Shown here: in pieces, positions 31,607 through 40,853 of the stretch | How positions within the stretch are numbered: the first letter of the stretch is position 1 | How the letters are laid out: the number at the start of each line of letters is the position of its first letter | DNA from: an uncultured Desulfobacterales bacterium | GTDB taxonomy: Bacteria; Desulfobacterota; DSM-4660; Desulfatiglandales; HGW-15 | Direction of reading: 5' to 3' | Length of the DNA stretch: 64,000 nucleotides | NCBI GenBank assembly: GCA_964443135.1 | Contig: CAYUBQ010000005.1 | Span: forward strand, 13,692-77,691 | The notes under the pieces: generated by a model | The model's input: only the letters and a program-made list of their open reading frames with translations | Told to the model about the DNA's origin: nothing | Databases searched by the model: none | Position numbers and translations under genes: made by a program

Positions 31607-33484
31607 TCAGCCGCCGTGCACGTCCGTCTTCTTGGGCTCGAAGGGGATGGAGAACTCGTAGACCCCCGAGTCCATGACCGCCTTGACGGGATAGGGAGAT
31701 CTCTCCAGGACCTCGAGCATGGACTTGTTCGAGGCCAGCACGTCGGCGGTGAACCCGGGGATCCCCCGCTCCCTCGCGATTTGGATGAGGTAGAGGAAGA
31801 GGAAGGTGGCGATGCCCTTGCCCCTGTAGGCCTCGTCCACCACGAAGGCGATGTCGGCGAACGGGGTGTCGCCGGGCAGCACGTAACGCCCCTCGGCCAC
31901 GATCCGACCCTCGCCCGGCTCCCCCACCAGGCCCACGATGGACATGGCGTTCCGGTAGTCCACGTTCACATACTCCTGCATCTTCTTGTGAGGCATGGTC
32001 TTCACCGGGGAGAAGTAGCGGTAGTAGACGGACTCGTCCGAGAACCGGTAGAAGAGACGCCGCATTTCGTCCACGTCCGACGGCCGGATGGGGCGGAACC
32101 GCACCTCCAGGCCGTCCTTGAAGGTCTCGGTGCGGGAGAGCTCCTCGGGATAGTGGCGGCTCTGCTCCGCGTGATACACCTGGTCCGGAAAGAGGATGTT
32201 CTCTTCCTTGGCCAGCCGGACCAGCTCGGTCCGGTCGTTGGGGTGGGCGATGTCGATCAGGGCCAGGGCGCGCTCCCGGATGGTTCGGCCGGTCAGGGAG
32301 GCGATTCCGTACTCGGTCACCACCAGGTCCAGGGATTCCCGGGCGGAGAACTGGTTGGGGTAGTCCCTGACGGACAGCAGGATGTTGGTCTCGCCCCGGG
32401 AGTTCCTGCTGGGAAGGCCGAGAATGGTCCGGCCGCCGGGGGAGAGAGCCGCGCCCTTGAAGAGCTCCTGGGCCTCACCGGGACCGGTTCCCACGTTTCC
32501 CTTGCCGTGGGGGAGGGCCACTCCCCCGGTGAGGTCGATCTTGTGCGCGGGGAGGACCACCATGAAGCGTTCGTTCTTCCCCATGCGCACGGGATCGCCC
32601 ACCACGTCGATGCCCTGGAACTCCAGCAGGGGGTTCCCGTCCAGCCAACGCATGAGCTCCTCGGTGCCGAGGGCGTAAGAGGCCACGGATTTGCCCTTGA
32701 AGTTGTGCTTTTTCCGGTTCGTGACCGCGCCGCTTCGCACGAGCTCCATGAGGGGGTCGGTGAAGAAGGGGGAGTGGATGCCCAGATCCCGCTTCCGGGA
32801 AAGGTGCCGGGCCAGGGCGTCGAAGACGGGCCCCACGGAGAAGGCGATGCAGCTCCCGTCCTGGATGAGGGAGGACACGTTGCGCCCGATCTTGTCGTAA
32901 ACCTCGTTCACGGACCAGCGGTCGAAGGTGATGGGAGGCTCCGAGCTCTCGACCAGGAGGTCGAACTCGCTCTCTCTCACAAAGGTGTCCCCCATGGTGC
33001 GGGGGATCGTGGGGTTGATCTCCCCCACCACGAACGAGGCCTGACTCATGGCCTGGCGGGCCACGTCCACGGCCGGTCCCAGGCTTGCGTACCCGGACTC
33101 GTCGAACGGGGTGATCTGGACAAAGGCCGCGTCGATGTGGATGGTCCCCGACTCGATGAGCAGGGGGACGCGGGAAAAGGGACAGGGGATGAGATCCACA
33201 TGGCCCTTGCGAATGGCCTCGCTGGCGATCCACCCGGAAAAGAAGGTCTTCAGCCTGAACTTCTCCGTGGTTTGGCGGTCGATGGAGACGGTCTCACCCA
33301 GGCTCACGAGCTGGATGAGCTCGAGGTCCCTCAGGTTGGGGGAGCTGGAAATGGTGAAGGCCTTGATCAGGCTCCTCGGCTCGGCCACGCCGGTCCCCAG
33401 AAAGATGCTCATGCCCGGGCGGATTCCGGACAGGGCGTGGTTGTGGGTCGTCACCTTGGCCTTCCATGCGGGATCCGAGGGCAT
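31607..33484 (-). CDS. Acetyl-CoA hydrolase/transferase family domain fused to a C-terminal GNAT acetyltransferase
   Basis: The N-terminal 430 aa are 4-hydroxybutyrate-CoA-transferase-like (GTGVAEP..., VTEYGIASLTGRT). The C-terminal part has FRPIRPSD...VDEAYRGKGIATFLF (GNAT motif A). AAGGAG RBS. Confidence 0.85.
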   Translation of the reverse strand: MPSDPAWKAKVTTHNHALSGIRPGMSIFLGTGVAEPRSLIKAFTISSSPNLRDLELIQLVSLGETVSIDRQTTEKFRLKTFFSGWIASEAIRKGHVDLIPCPFSRVPLLIESGTIHIDAAFVQITPFDESGYASLGPAVDVARQAMSQASFVVGEINPTIPRTMGDTFVRESEFDLLVESSEPPITFDRWSVNEVYDKIGRNVSSLIQDGSCIAFSVGPVFDALARHLSRKRDLGIHSPFFTDPLMELVRSGAVTNRKKHNFKGKSVASYALGTEELMRWLDGNPLLEFQGIDVVGDPVRMGKNERFMVVLPAHKIDLTGGVALPHGKGNVGTGPGEAQELFKGAALSPGGRTILGLPSRNSRGETNILLSVRDYPNQFSARESLDLVVTEYGIASLTGRTIRERALALIDIAHPNDRTELVRLAKEENILFPDQVYHAEQSRHYPEELSRTETFKDGLEVRFRPIRPSDVDEMRRLFYRFSDESVYYRYFSPVKTMPHKKMQEYVNVDYRNAMSIVGLVGEPGEGRIVAEGRYVLPGDTPFADIAFVVDEAYRGKGIATFLFLYLIQIARERGIPGFTADVLASNKSMLEVLERSPYPVKAVMDSGVYEFSIPFEPKKTDVHGG

Positions 33485-33521
33485 GTTGGGCTCCTTTTGA
33501 AGGAATCGGGAATCGAACCGC

Positions 33522-34322
33522 TCAGGCCGGGCGGTGGCCGTCCGGGACGGGAACGCCGTCCACGTAAACGCGGTTCTCCTCGTCCAGGGCGAACCGCCCC
33601 CGGGCGATCATCTCCACGGTGAGGGGAAAGATCTTCCAGTCGCCGGCCTCCTTGAGCCGCTCCTGGTGCTCGTCCGCCACCTCCGCAAGCCGCGCCGGAT
33701 CGGCCTCGAGGGCTTCGAGGTCGTCGGGCAGACGGACCGGGACGGGATCGGAGACCACGAGCAGCGGGCCGGTGTCCACCCCCTGGTCGGTCCAGAGGGT
33801 CGACGAGCGCAGCTCGCTTTCCCCGGCGGCGATGGCATCGCGTACGGCGTGATCGCCGACGTATCTGCGGGTCCCGGCCGGAGTCCTGATGGAGAGATCC
33901 GCGGGGTGGACGTTGACGCACCCCTGGAGGGTGGTGTAACTCATGTATCCGCCCAGAGCGATGACGTCGATCTCGAAGGCCTCGGTCAGGAGGGCGGGAA
34001 CCCGGTCGAAGGCCTTGCGGGCCGCCACCCCGTCCGCGGTGGTCGCCGTCCGCCGGAGGCCCCGGAGTCGGTGAAAGGCCCGGATGTCGTAGCTGGCGTA
34101 GGGAAGGCCGTGCTCATGGGCGATGGCCTCTCCCCGGGAGGCTCCGTCCGAACGGTCCGAGAAGATGAAGACCACATCGAAAGGGGATGCCCCCTCCTCT
34201 TCCCGGAGGGCCTGTTCCAGCTCGAGAAGCCTGACGATGTTGGTGCCGGATCCGGACATGAAGGCGGCCACGCGCATGGGACGGCCGGCCTTCTCCGGAT
34301 CGAAAAGGGGAACGGGATCCAT
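33522..34322 (-). CDS. Formyltransferase-family protein (PurN-like fold)
   Basis: Start at ATG 34322 (GGGAGGAG upstream). Motifs: RVAAFMSGSGTNIVRLLE, DVIALGGYMSYTT, VNVHPADL. Confidence 0.7.
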   Translation of the reverse strand: MDPVPLFDPEKAGRPMRVAAFMSGSGTNIVRLLELEQALREEEGASPFDVVFIFSDRSDGASRGEAIAHEHGLPYASYDIRAFHRLRGLRRTATTADGVAARKAFDRVPALLTEAFEIDVIALGGYMSYTTLQGCVNVHPADLSIRTPAGTRRYVGDHAVRDAIAAGESELRSSTLWTDQGVDTGPLLVVSDPVPVRLPDDLEALEADPARLAEVADEHQERLKEAGDWKIFPLTVEMIARGRFALDEENRVYVDGVPVPDGHRPA

Positions 34323-34496
34323 GATGCACTCCTCCCGGTTCGTCGGCCGCGAGGCCCGGGGCAAGGGTGAGACGGCTGGTTACCGTGATCGACGGTCATG
34401 CCGGCGGGCCACTGGGCCCTCGAAGCGAAGCAGCGATGACCCAAAGATACCCCAAAACCCGAAAAAGTTCAAAGCCGCTGCAATCACCCGCCCTCC

Positions 34497-34525
34497 TTGA
34501 CAAAGCCCCGGCCCCTTTCTATACA
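34497..34525 (+). promoter_or_regulatory. Near-consensus sigma-70 promoter (TTGACA-17-TATACA)
   Basis: TTGACA at 34497-34502, 17-nt spacer, TATACA at 34520-34525. The -10 ends 2 nt before the track ORF ATG 34528, which argues for the downstream ATG 34558 as the true start. Confidence 0.5.
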
Positions 34526-34557
34526 GGATGATAGAGCACTCAGAGGAAAGGAGGCCC

Positions 34558-35817
34558 ATGAAGCTGGAGCCGCGGTGTCGAGACAAGGTGATCCGCCTCG
34601 TGGAAAAGGGGGTGGAGATCCCGAACCCCCTGTCCATCGACCTGGGAGACGAGGTGGACCCGAAGCGCATCTCGGGCGACGGGGTCCGGATCGAGGCCGG
34701 CTGCCGCATCTTCGGCGCGGAGACGGCGATCGCGCCGGGCGTCCGGCTCGGGGCCGAGGGTCCGGTCACCCTGGACAACTGCCAGCTCGGTCCGGGCGTG
34801 CAGATCAAGGGCGGGTATGCCGGGGAGGCGACCTTTCTCGAAGGCGCCTCCATGGGGCTAGGCGCCCACGTTCGCCAAGGCTGCCTGCTGGAGGAGCAGG
34901 CGAGCGGAGCCCACTGCGTGGGGCTCAAGCAGACCATCCTGTTCCCCTTCGTCACCCTGGGCAGCCTCGTCAACTTCTGCGACTGCCTCATGGCCGGCGG
35001 CACGAGCCGAAGCGACCACAGCGAGGTGGGAAGCTCCTACATCCACTTCAACTTCACGCCCGACGGCGAAAAGACCACCCCCTCCCTCATCGGGGACGTG
35101 CCCAGGGGGGTGATGCTCAACCAGCGTCCGATCTTCCTGGGTGGACAGGGGGGCATGGTCGGGCCCCTGCGCGTCGAGTACGGCAACGTGATCGCGGCGG
35201 GGACCATCCTGAGGCGGGACGTCCTGGAGCAGAACAAGCTCGTGGTGGGGGCGCCCCCCCGGGGAGGCGTCATCAACTTCGTTCCCGGAAGGTACACCGG
35301 GATCGGGCGGATCCTGGAGAAGAACATCTTGTACCTGGCCAACCTGGCCGCGCTGGAGCAGTGGTACGAGCACGTACGCCGGCCCTTTTTCAGGAGCCAG
35401 GGGTTCGGCGACCTCGTCTACGGCGGGGCCCGGAAGCGGCTGAGGACGGCCACCGCCGAGCGCGTGAAGCGGCTGCGCGCCATGATCGGCCATATGGGAG
35501 AGGACAGCGGGAAGGGCGGCGGCCGTGAATCCCGAGCCGCCCGCGGCAGGCGGGAGCTGGCGGACCGGTTCGACGAGATCGCGGGGCTGTTCGAGGACGC
35601 CCTGTCCCCTGCGGGACCGGAAAGGGAGCGGGACGGGTTTCTCTCGCTCCTGTCCGGCGCACAGGGGGGGGCGTCCTGCGTGGAGGCCGTCCAGTCGCTT
35701 CCCCGGAAGACGTCCGAGTCGGGGACGAGATGGCTCCAGGCAATCGTCGAAGAGCTGTGCGCGCAGGCCGCGTCCCTGGTGCCCGGCCTCGCCCTGTTCT
35801 CCCGCTCGCGCACCTGA
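34558..35817 (+). CDS. Left-handed beta-helix (hexapeptide-repeat) transferase-like protein with helical C-terminal extension
   Basis: Hexapeptide-like repeats run through aa 30-250 (GVRIEAGCRIFG, GVRLGAEGPVTL, GVQIKGGY...). Start set at ATG 34558 (GGAAAGGAGG upstream). It sits directly upstream of glmM. Confidence 0.6.
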   Translation: MKLEPRCRDKVIRLVEKGVEIPNPLSIDLGDEVDPKRISGDGVRIEAGCRIFGAETAIAPGVRLGAEGPVTLDNCQLGPGVQIKGGYAGEATFLEGASMGLGAHVRQGCLLEEQASGAHCVGLKQTILFPFVTLGSLVNFCDCLMAGGTSRSDHSEVGSSYIHFNFTPDGEKTTPSLIGDVPRGVMLNQRPIFLGGQGGMVGPLRVEYGNVIAAGTILRRDVLEQNKLVVGAPPRGGVINFVPGRYTGIGRILEKNILYLANLAALEQWYEHVRRPFFRSQGFGDLVYGGARKRLRTATAERVKRLRAMIGHMGEDSGKGGGRESRAARGRRELADRFDEIAGLFEDALSPAGPERERDGFLSLLSGAQGGASCVEAVQSLPRKTSESGTRWLQAIVEELCAQAASLVPGLALFSRSRT

Positions 35818-35834
35818 TTCCCCCCGGAGGCGAC

Positions 35835-37187
35835 GTGGGACGACTGTTCGGAACAGACGGAATTCGCGGAGAGGCCAATCGGCCCCCCATGGACGGGTCC
35901 ACCGGCTTCGCCCTGGGTCGTGCGCTGGTGGAGGTCCGTGGCCGGAGGGACGGCCGGATCCGGGTGGTCATCGGGAAGGACACCCGGCTCTCCGGAGACA
36001 TGCTGGAGAGCGCCGTGGCCTCGGGCGTGGCGTCGGCCGGGGGAGACGTCCTCCAGACCGGTGTGCTGCCCACCCCCGGAGTGGCGTTTCTCACCCGGGA
36101 TACGGAGGCGGAGGCCGGCGTCATGATCTCCGCGTCTCACAACCCGTTTCAGGACAACGGCTTCAAGGTGTTCTCCTCCCGCGGCATGAAGCTCTCGGTC
36201 GGGGACGAGGAGGCCCTGGAGGCCGCCATCCTGAACGACTCGAGGCGGGACTCGGGGGGCGGGCCGGGGGACCTCGGCCGGATCCTCCCCCTGGACGGCG
36301 CGCGGGAGCGGTACCGGTCCTTCCTTGCGGGGACTTTTCCTTCCAGGCTGACACTGGAAGGCGTTCGCATCGTCCTGGACACGGCCAACGGGGCCGCCTC
36401 CGAGACGGCCCCCCGGGTCTTCCGGGAGCTCGGTGCCGACGTGGAAGTGATCCACGACCGCCCGGACGGAAAGAACATCAACGCCCGATGCGGGTCCGAG
36501 CACACGGAGGATCTGGAGCGGCGGGTGCGGGAGACCCGCGCCCACGCGGGCCTGGCCTTTGACGGGGACGGGGACCGCCTCGTCGCGGTCGACGAGACCG
36601 GCCGGCGGCTCACCGGCGACCAGGTGCTCATGATCCTGGCGCGCGACCGCCGGGAGCGGGGAGCGTTGGCGGGTGGACTGCTCGTCACCACGGTCATGAG
36701 CAACCTGGGCCTGGTGGAGGCCTGCCGCTCCCTGGGGATCCGCCACCACCACGCATCCCGGGTGGGGGACCGGTTCGTCCTGGAGGAGATGCAGCGCCTG
36801 GGTGCGGCGCTCGGGGGTGAGGACTCCGGGCACATGATCTTCCTGGACCACCACACCACGGGCGACGGCATCCTGAGCGGGCTTCAGCTCCTGGCCTGCA
36901 TGGTCCGGGGAAAGGCGCCGCTCTCCGAGCTGTCGTCCGTCATGACGGTGTTCCCTCAGACGCTCGTGAACGTGGAGGTGTCCCGCAAGCCGGACCTGTC
37001 CGGGGTGCCCGAGGTGGCGGAGGTCATCCGGGGGGTGGAGGGCGAGCTGGGGGGGCGGGGCCGGGTCCTGGTCCGATACTCGGGAACCCAGAACGTCTGT
37101 CGGGTCATGGTGGAGGGCCCTTCCCCGGAGGTCACCCGGGAGGCCTGCGACCGGATCGCCCGCGCCGTGGAGAGCGCCGTGGGGTGA
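35835..37187 (+). CDS. glmM: Phosphoglucosamine mutase
   Basis: GTG 35835 (GGAGG 5 nt upstream). Motifs: LFGTDGIRGEAN, active-site MISASHNPFQDNGFK, FDGDGDR, GGEDSGH. Confidence 0.9.
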   Translation: MGRLFGTDGIRGEANRPPMDGSTGFALGRALVEVRGRRDGRIRVVIGKDTRLSGDMLESAVASGVASAGGDVLQTGVLPTPGVAFLTRDTEAEAGVMISASHNPFQDNGFKVFSSRGMKLSVGDEEALEAAILNDSRRDSGGGPGDLGRILPLDGARERYRSFLAGTFPSRLTLEGVRIVLDTANGAASETAPRVFRELGADVEVIHDRPDGKNINARCGSEHTEDLERRVRETRAHAGLAFDGDGDRLVAVDETGRRLTGDQVLMILARDRRERGALAGGLLVTTVMSNLGLVEACRSLGIRHHHASRVGDRFVLEEMQRLGAALGGEDSGHMIFLDHHTTGDGILSGLQLLACMVRGKAPLSELSSVMTVFPQTLVNVEVSRKPDLSGVPEVAEVIRGVEGELGGRGRVLVRYSGTQNVCRVMVEGPSPEVTREACDRIARAVESAVG

Positions 37188-37195
37188 GCCCGAAA

Positions 37196-37229
37196 GGGGC
37201 CCGCCGGCCACGGGGATCCGCCCCCTTTT
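37196..37229 (+). terminator. Candidate intrinsic terminator after glmM
   Basis: GGGGC (37196-37200) pairs with GCCCC (37220-37224) and is followed by CTTTT. The loop has further internal GC pairing. Confidence 0.35.
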
Positions 37230-37232
37230 GCC

Positions 37233-37261
37233 TTGACCCTCCCCGTGTCTTTCCCTATAGT
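37233..37261 (+). promoter_or_regulatory. Sigma-70 promoter (TTGACC-17-TATAGT)
   Basis: TTGACC at 37233-37238, 17-nt spacer, TATAGT at 37256-37261. It lies about 180 nt upstream of the thiolase ATG. Confidence 0.5.
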
Positions 37262-37442
37262 GACGTCTCGATTCAATCAAGCAGCGGGAAAGGGCCCCAC
37301 ACCGCCTCTCCCTGATCGGGGAAGGCGGGGACGTTCCCTCGAGCGGAACGGGGGCCGATCAATACGGGCAGTCATTGCCGGTGGTGTGACGTGAGACACA
37401 CAGGATCTCTCTCCGCGCCGCCGCGAAACGGGAGGTTTTCTT

Positions 37443-38609
37443 ATGGGAAAAGTAGGAATCATCGGAGTGGGACAAAGCGCCTTCGTTCGAGGGTACCCCG
37501 GCTCCGTCCGGGAGCTGGCCTTCGAGGGCTTCAAGGACGCCATGAAGGACGCAGGGGCCAAGGCCGAGGACATCGGCGCATCCGTGGTCTGCTCGGCGCC
37601 CGAGTATGACAAGCAGCGGTCCCCCGCGGGCGTGTTCGCCGAGTACATGGGGCTCACGCCGCAGCCCACCTTCTACGTGGAAACGCTCTGCTCCTCGAGC
37701 AGCACGGGGTTGAAGCTCGCTTACAGCCTCATCGAGTCGGGGCTGCACGACTCGGTGGCGGTCATCGGCTTCCAGAAGATGAGCGAGATCAGCTCGGCCG
37801 AGAGCCAGGAGCGCATGGGCCGGGGCGCGGACATCCAGTGGGAGAGCCCCTTCGGGACCATGATGCCCGCCTACTACGCCATGTATGCCCGGAACCACAT
37901 GGCCACCTACGGGACCAAGCCCGAGGATCTGGCGCTGATCCGCGTGAAATCCTCCACCTACGGGCAGATCAACGAGAGGGCCGTGTATCGCAAACCCGTG
38001 ACCGCGGAGATGTTCAACGATCCTGAGAGCCCCATGTCCGGACCGGTGGCGAGCCCGCTTCGCGTGGGCGACTGCTGTGCCAACGCGGACGGCAGCTCCT
38101 GCATCATCGTGGCCAACGAGGAGAAGGCCAGGGCCCTGAGCGACAAGCCGGTCTGGATCCTCGGCCTGGGCGCAGCTTCGACCGCCGTGAACCTGGCCGG
38201 AAGGGACCTGTTCAACGGCCTGACCGTGGGGATCGAGGCGGGCCGGCAGGCCTACGAGATGGCCGGGGTCACCCCGAAGGAGATCGACGTGGCCGAGGTG
38301 CACGACTGCTTCACCATCGCGGAGATGATGGCCTACGAGAACCTGGGCTTTGCCAAGCCCGGGGAGGGCAGGGACCTGATTCGCGGCAAAGAGACCTACA
38401 AGGAGGGCAGCATCCCGGTCAATGTGGACGGCGGGCTCCTCAGCAAGGGGCACCCCATCGGGGCCACGGGCGGTTCCCAGATCCGCACGATCGTGCTTCA
38501 GCTTCGAGGCGAGGCCGGCGAGATGCAGGTAAAGGACCCGGAGATCGGCCTGGTGCACAACATCGGCGGCGTGGGCCTGTACGGAAACGTGACCATTCTC
38601 GGGAGGTAA
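37443..38609 (+). CDS. Thiolase-domain protein (SCP-x/archaeal-type thiolase)
   Basis: Motifs: TLCSSSSTGLKLA (active-site Cys), EVHDCFTIAEMMAYENLGF, GGLLSKGHPIGATGGSQ. It is paired with a DUF35 gene, as is usual for this subfamily. Confidence 0.85.
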   Translation: MGKVGIIGVGQSAFVRGYPGSVRELAFEGFKDAMKDAGAKAEDIGASVVCSAPEYDKQRSPAGVFAEYMGLTPQPTFYVETLCSSSSTGLKLAYSLIESGLHDSVAVIGFQKMSEISSAESQERMGRGADIQWESPFGTMMPAYYAMYARNHMATYGTKPEDLALIRVKSSTYGQINERAVYRKPVTAEMFNDPESPMSGPVASPLRVGDCCANADGSSCIIVANEEKARALSDKPVWILGLGAASTAVNLAGRDLFNGLTVGIEAGRQAYEMAGVTPKEIDVAEVHDCFTIAEMMAYENLGFAKPGEGRDLIRGKETYKEGSIPVNVDGGLLSKGHPIGATGGSQIRTIVLQLRGEAGEMQVKDPEIGLVHNIGGVGLYGNVTILGR

Positions 38610-38612
38610 CCC

Positions 38613-39050
38613 ATGGGCAAGAAAAAAGAGATCGACGTTCGATTCAGCAAGTTCGGAACGGTGCCCTTCACCGCCACGTCCAAGATCAACGACTTCATCG
38701 ATCACCTGGAGGACGGAAAGGTGATGGGGACCCGGTGCAGGGACTGCGGCTTGATGTTCTTTCCACCCCGGGCGGACTGCTACAACTGCCTTGCCGGCAA
38801 CATGGACTGGTTCCAGGTGAGCGGCAAGGGCAAGCTGGTCAGCTACAGCAAGCTCGAGTACGCGCCGCAGGGCTTCGGCGAGGACTTGCCTTACGCCATT
38901 GCGCTGCTCGACTACGGGGACTACAAGGTCTTCGGCCGCATCGCGGACAACGTCCCGGAGGACGAGATCGAGGTGGGCATGGAGCTCGAGACCGTGGCCA
39001 ACGAGCTGCCCAACGGCCAGCTCAACTATGTCTTCCAGAAACCCGCCTGA
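38613..39050 (+). CDS. DUF35 Zn-ribbon/OB-fold protein (thiolase partner)
   Basis: CRDCGLMFFPPRADCYNCL zinc ribbon followed by an OB-fold segment. It starts 4 nt after the thiolase stop. Confidence 0.85.
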   Translation: MGKKKEIDVRFSKFGTVPFTATSKINDFIDHLEDGKVMGTRCRDCGLMFFPPRADCYNCLAGNMDWFQVSGKGKLVSYSKLEYAPQGFGEDLPYAIALLDYGDYKVFGRIADNVPEDEIEVGMELETVANELPNGQLNYVFQKPA

Positions 39051-39135
39051 CGGCTCAGGCCGCCCTCCCGGTGAGCAGCCCGGAGGGCGGCCCTCCTCCC
39101 TCCGTCCGAGGCGAGCGGCCTCATCCCGCCGGCCC

Positions 39136-40056
39136 ATGGAACCTTCCTCCCGACATCGCCCGGACTGGATCGAGATCTCCATCCAGTCGGACCCCTGGAC
39201 CCACGAGGCCGTGAGCCACTTCCTCGTGGAGTCGCTCGGATGCGACGGCGTCGTGACGGACGCCTCGTCCGAGCGGACCCTCCGGGCGTACCTTCCGGCG
39301 GAGCCGACGCCGGAGGATCTCGGCCCCGACCTCGAGGCCTTTCTGTCCGGGCTCGTGGACTGGTTTCCGGGGATCGCCCCGCCTTCCTTCGGGCTGGACC
39401 GGGTTCGTCAGCCGGACTGGCGCACGGCCTGGCGGGAGCATTTCCGGGCCGAGCAGGTCACGCCGGGCCTCCTGGTGGTGCCGGCCTGGGAGCCCGCACC
39501 TCGTGCCGTTTCGGGGCGGGTGCTCCGGATGGACCCGGGACCCGCCTTCGGCACCGGCCGGCATGCCACCACCCGCATGTGCCTTCAGGCCCTGGAGGAC
39601 CTCGCCCCCGAAAGGCCGTGGAGCCTCCTGGACGTGGGGACCGGAAGCGGCATCCTGGCCGCCTACGGCGCGCTGCTGGGGGCCTCGCCGGTGGAGGGTG
39701 TGGACGTGGACGAGGAGGCGCTTCGCTGGGCCGGGTGGAACCTGGAGCTGAACGACCTGTCGGGGGCTGTCCGGCTCTCGACCGACCCCCTGGACACCTG
39801 GAAGACCCCCTTTTCCGTGGTCACCGCCAACCTGACCCTGGACACGATTCGATGCCTCCTGCCACAGCTGGTCCGTCCGGTCGCACCCGGTGGAAGCCTG
39901 GTGCTCTCCGGCCTCTTGAGGGGGCAGGTTTCCCTGCTGGGTCCTGCGCTGGTCCGGGAAGGGCTCGAGCCGGTTCGAGAGCTCCGCCTGGAGGAGTGGG
40001 CCTGCCTGGTGCTCGAAAGGCCCGTGACGGACTCGAGAGGAAGGGGGCGGCCGTGA
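39136..40056 (+). CDS. prmA: Ribosomal protein L11 methyltransferase
   Basis: ATG 39136 lies inside track ORF 38899..40056. Motifs: DPGPAFGTGRHATTRMCL and LLDVGTGSGILAAYGALLGA. Confidence 0.85.
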   Translation: MEPSSRHRPDWIEISIQSDPWTHEAVSHFLVESLGCDGVVTDASSERTLRAYLPAEPTPEDLGPDLEAFLSGLVDWFPGIAPPSFGLDRVRQPDWRTAWREHFRAEQVTPGLLVVPAWEPAPRAVSGRVLRMDPGPAFGTGRHATTRMCLQALEDLAPERPWSLLDVGTGSGILAAYGALLGASPVEGVDVDEEALRWAGWNLELNDLSGAVRLSTDPLDTWKTPFSVVTANLTLDTIRCLLPQLVRPVAPGGSLVLSGLLRGQVSLLGPALVREGLEPVRELRLEEWACLVLERPVTDSRGRGRP

Positions 40057-40814
40057 GGCGGTTTTTCCTGGAGCGGATTCGCCCGGAGGACGGCCTCGTC
40101 CGGGTGACGGGATCGGAGGCGAGGCACATGCTCCGCGTGCTGCGCATGGGGCCGGGAGACCGCCTGGTGCTCATGGACGGGTCGGGTGCGCGCCACCAGG
40201 CGGTGATCCGGGCGGTGGGGAAGGAACGGGCGGACCTCCTCCTGGAGCGGAGCCTCCCGGTCCCCGAGCCCTCGCCCCTGGAGATCACGGTCTGTCCTTC
40301 GCTTCTCAAATCCCGCCCCATGGACCTCCTGATCCAGAAGGCCTCGGAGCTGGGGGTGGCTGCGGTTCAACCCTACACGTCGAGCCGGTCGGTGGTTCAC
40401 CTGGAGGGCAAGCGCCTGGAGGGCCGCCTGCGTCACTGGGGGGAGATCGCCAGAAACGCCGCAAAGCAGGCCGATCGGGCGGTCCCCGCCCGCGTGGATC
40501 CCCCGGTGGAGTTCGACGCACTCCTCGCCCGGTGGCGGGATCGGGACGCCTCCAAGGTGATTCTCTGGGAGTCGGAGGAGTCCTGCGACCTGAAGGGCTT
40601 TCTCAGACGGGAGGGCAAGGCCGGGGCCGTTGCGGCCGTGGTGGGTCCGGAGGGGGGCTTCCATCCGGACGAGGTGTGCGCCGCCGGAAAGGCGGGGTTT
40701 TCCCCGGTCTCCCTGGGAAGGCGCATCCTTCGCGCGGAGACCGCCGTCCTGGCGGTGGCGGCCCTCCTCCAGTACGAGTGGGGGGACCTGAGCCTCGAGT
40801 CGCCGGGGGGCTGA
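40053..40814 (+). CDS. rsmE: 16S rRNA (uracil1498-N3)-methyltransferase
   Basis: GTG 40053 overlaps the prmA stop (GTGA). Motifs: RRFFLE...GSEARHMLRVLRMGPGD, VVGPEGGF and LGRRILRAETA. Confidence 0.85.
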   Translation: MRRFFLERIRPEDGLVRVTGSEARHMLRVLRMGPGDRLVLMDGSGARHQAVIRAVGKERADLLLERSLPVPEPSPLEITVCPSLLKSRPMDLLIQKASELGVAAVQPYTSSRSVVHLEGKRLEGRLRHWGEIARNAAKQADRAVPARVDPPVEFDALLARWRDRDASKVILWESEESCDLKGFLRREGKAGAVAAVVGPEGGFHPDEVCAAGKAGFSPVSLGRRILRAETAVLAVAALLQYEWGDLSLESPGG

Positions 40815-40853
40815 CGTTCGGAGAGCCGGCCGGGAGGATGAAAACGGCCCGGT

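Noticed and set aside
31301-33622. 773-aa plus-strand ORF
   Set aside because: It is antisense to the CoA-transferase/GNAT and formyltransferase genes. It has no motifs and a low-complexity, GC-biased composition.
34528-34557. ATG 34528 as the start of the beta-helix protein
   Set aside because: It lies 2 nt after the -10 of the best promoter (34497-34525) and would not be transcribed from it. ATG 34558 has a long purine-rich RBS.
35418-37280. 620-aa minus-strand ORF opposite glmM
   Set aside because: Shadow ORF. glmM on the plus strand has the active-site SASHNP and metal-binding motifs.
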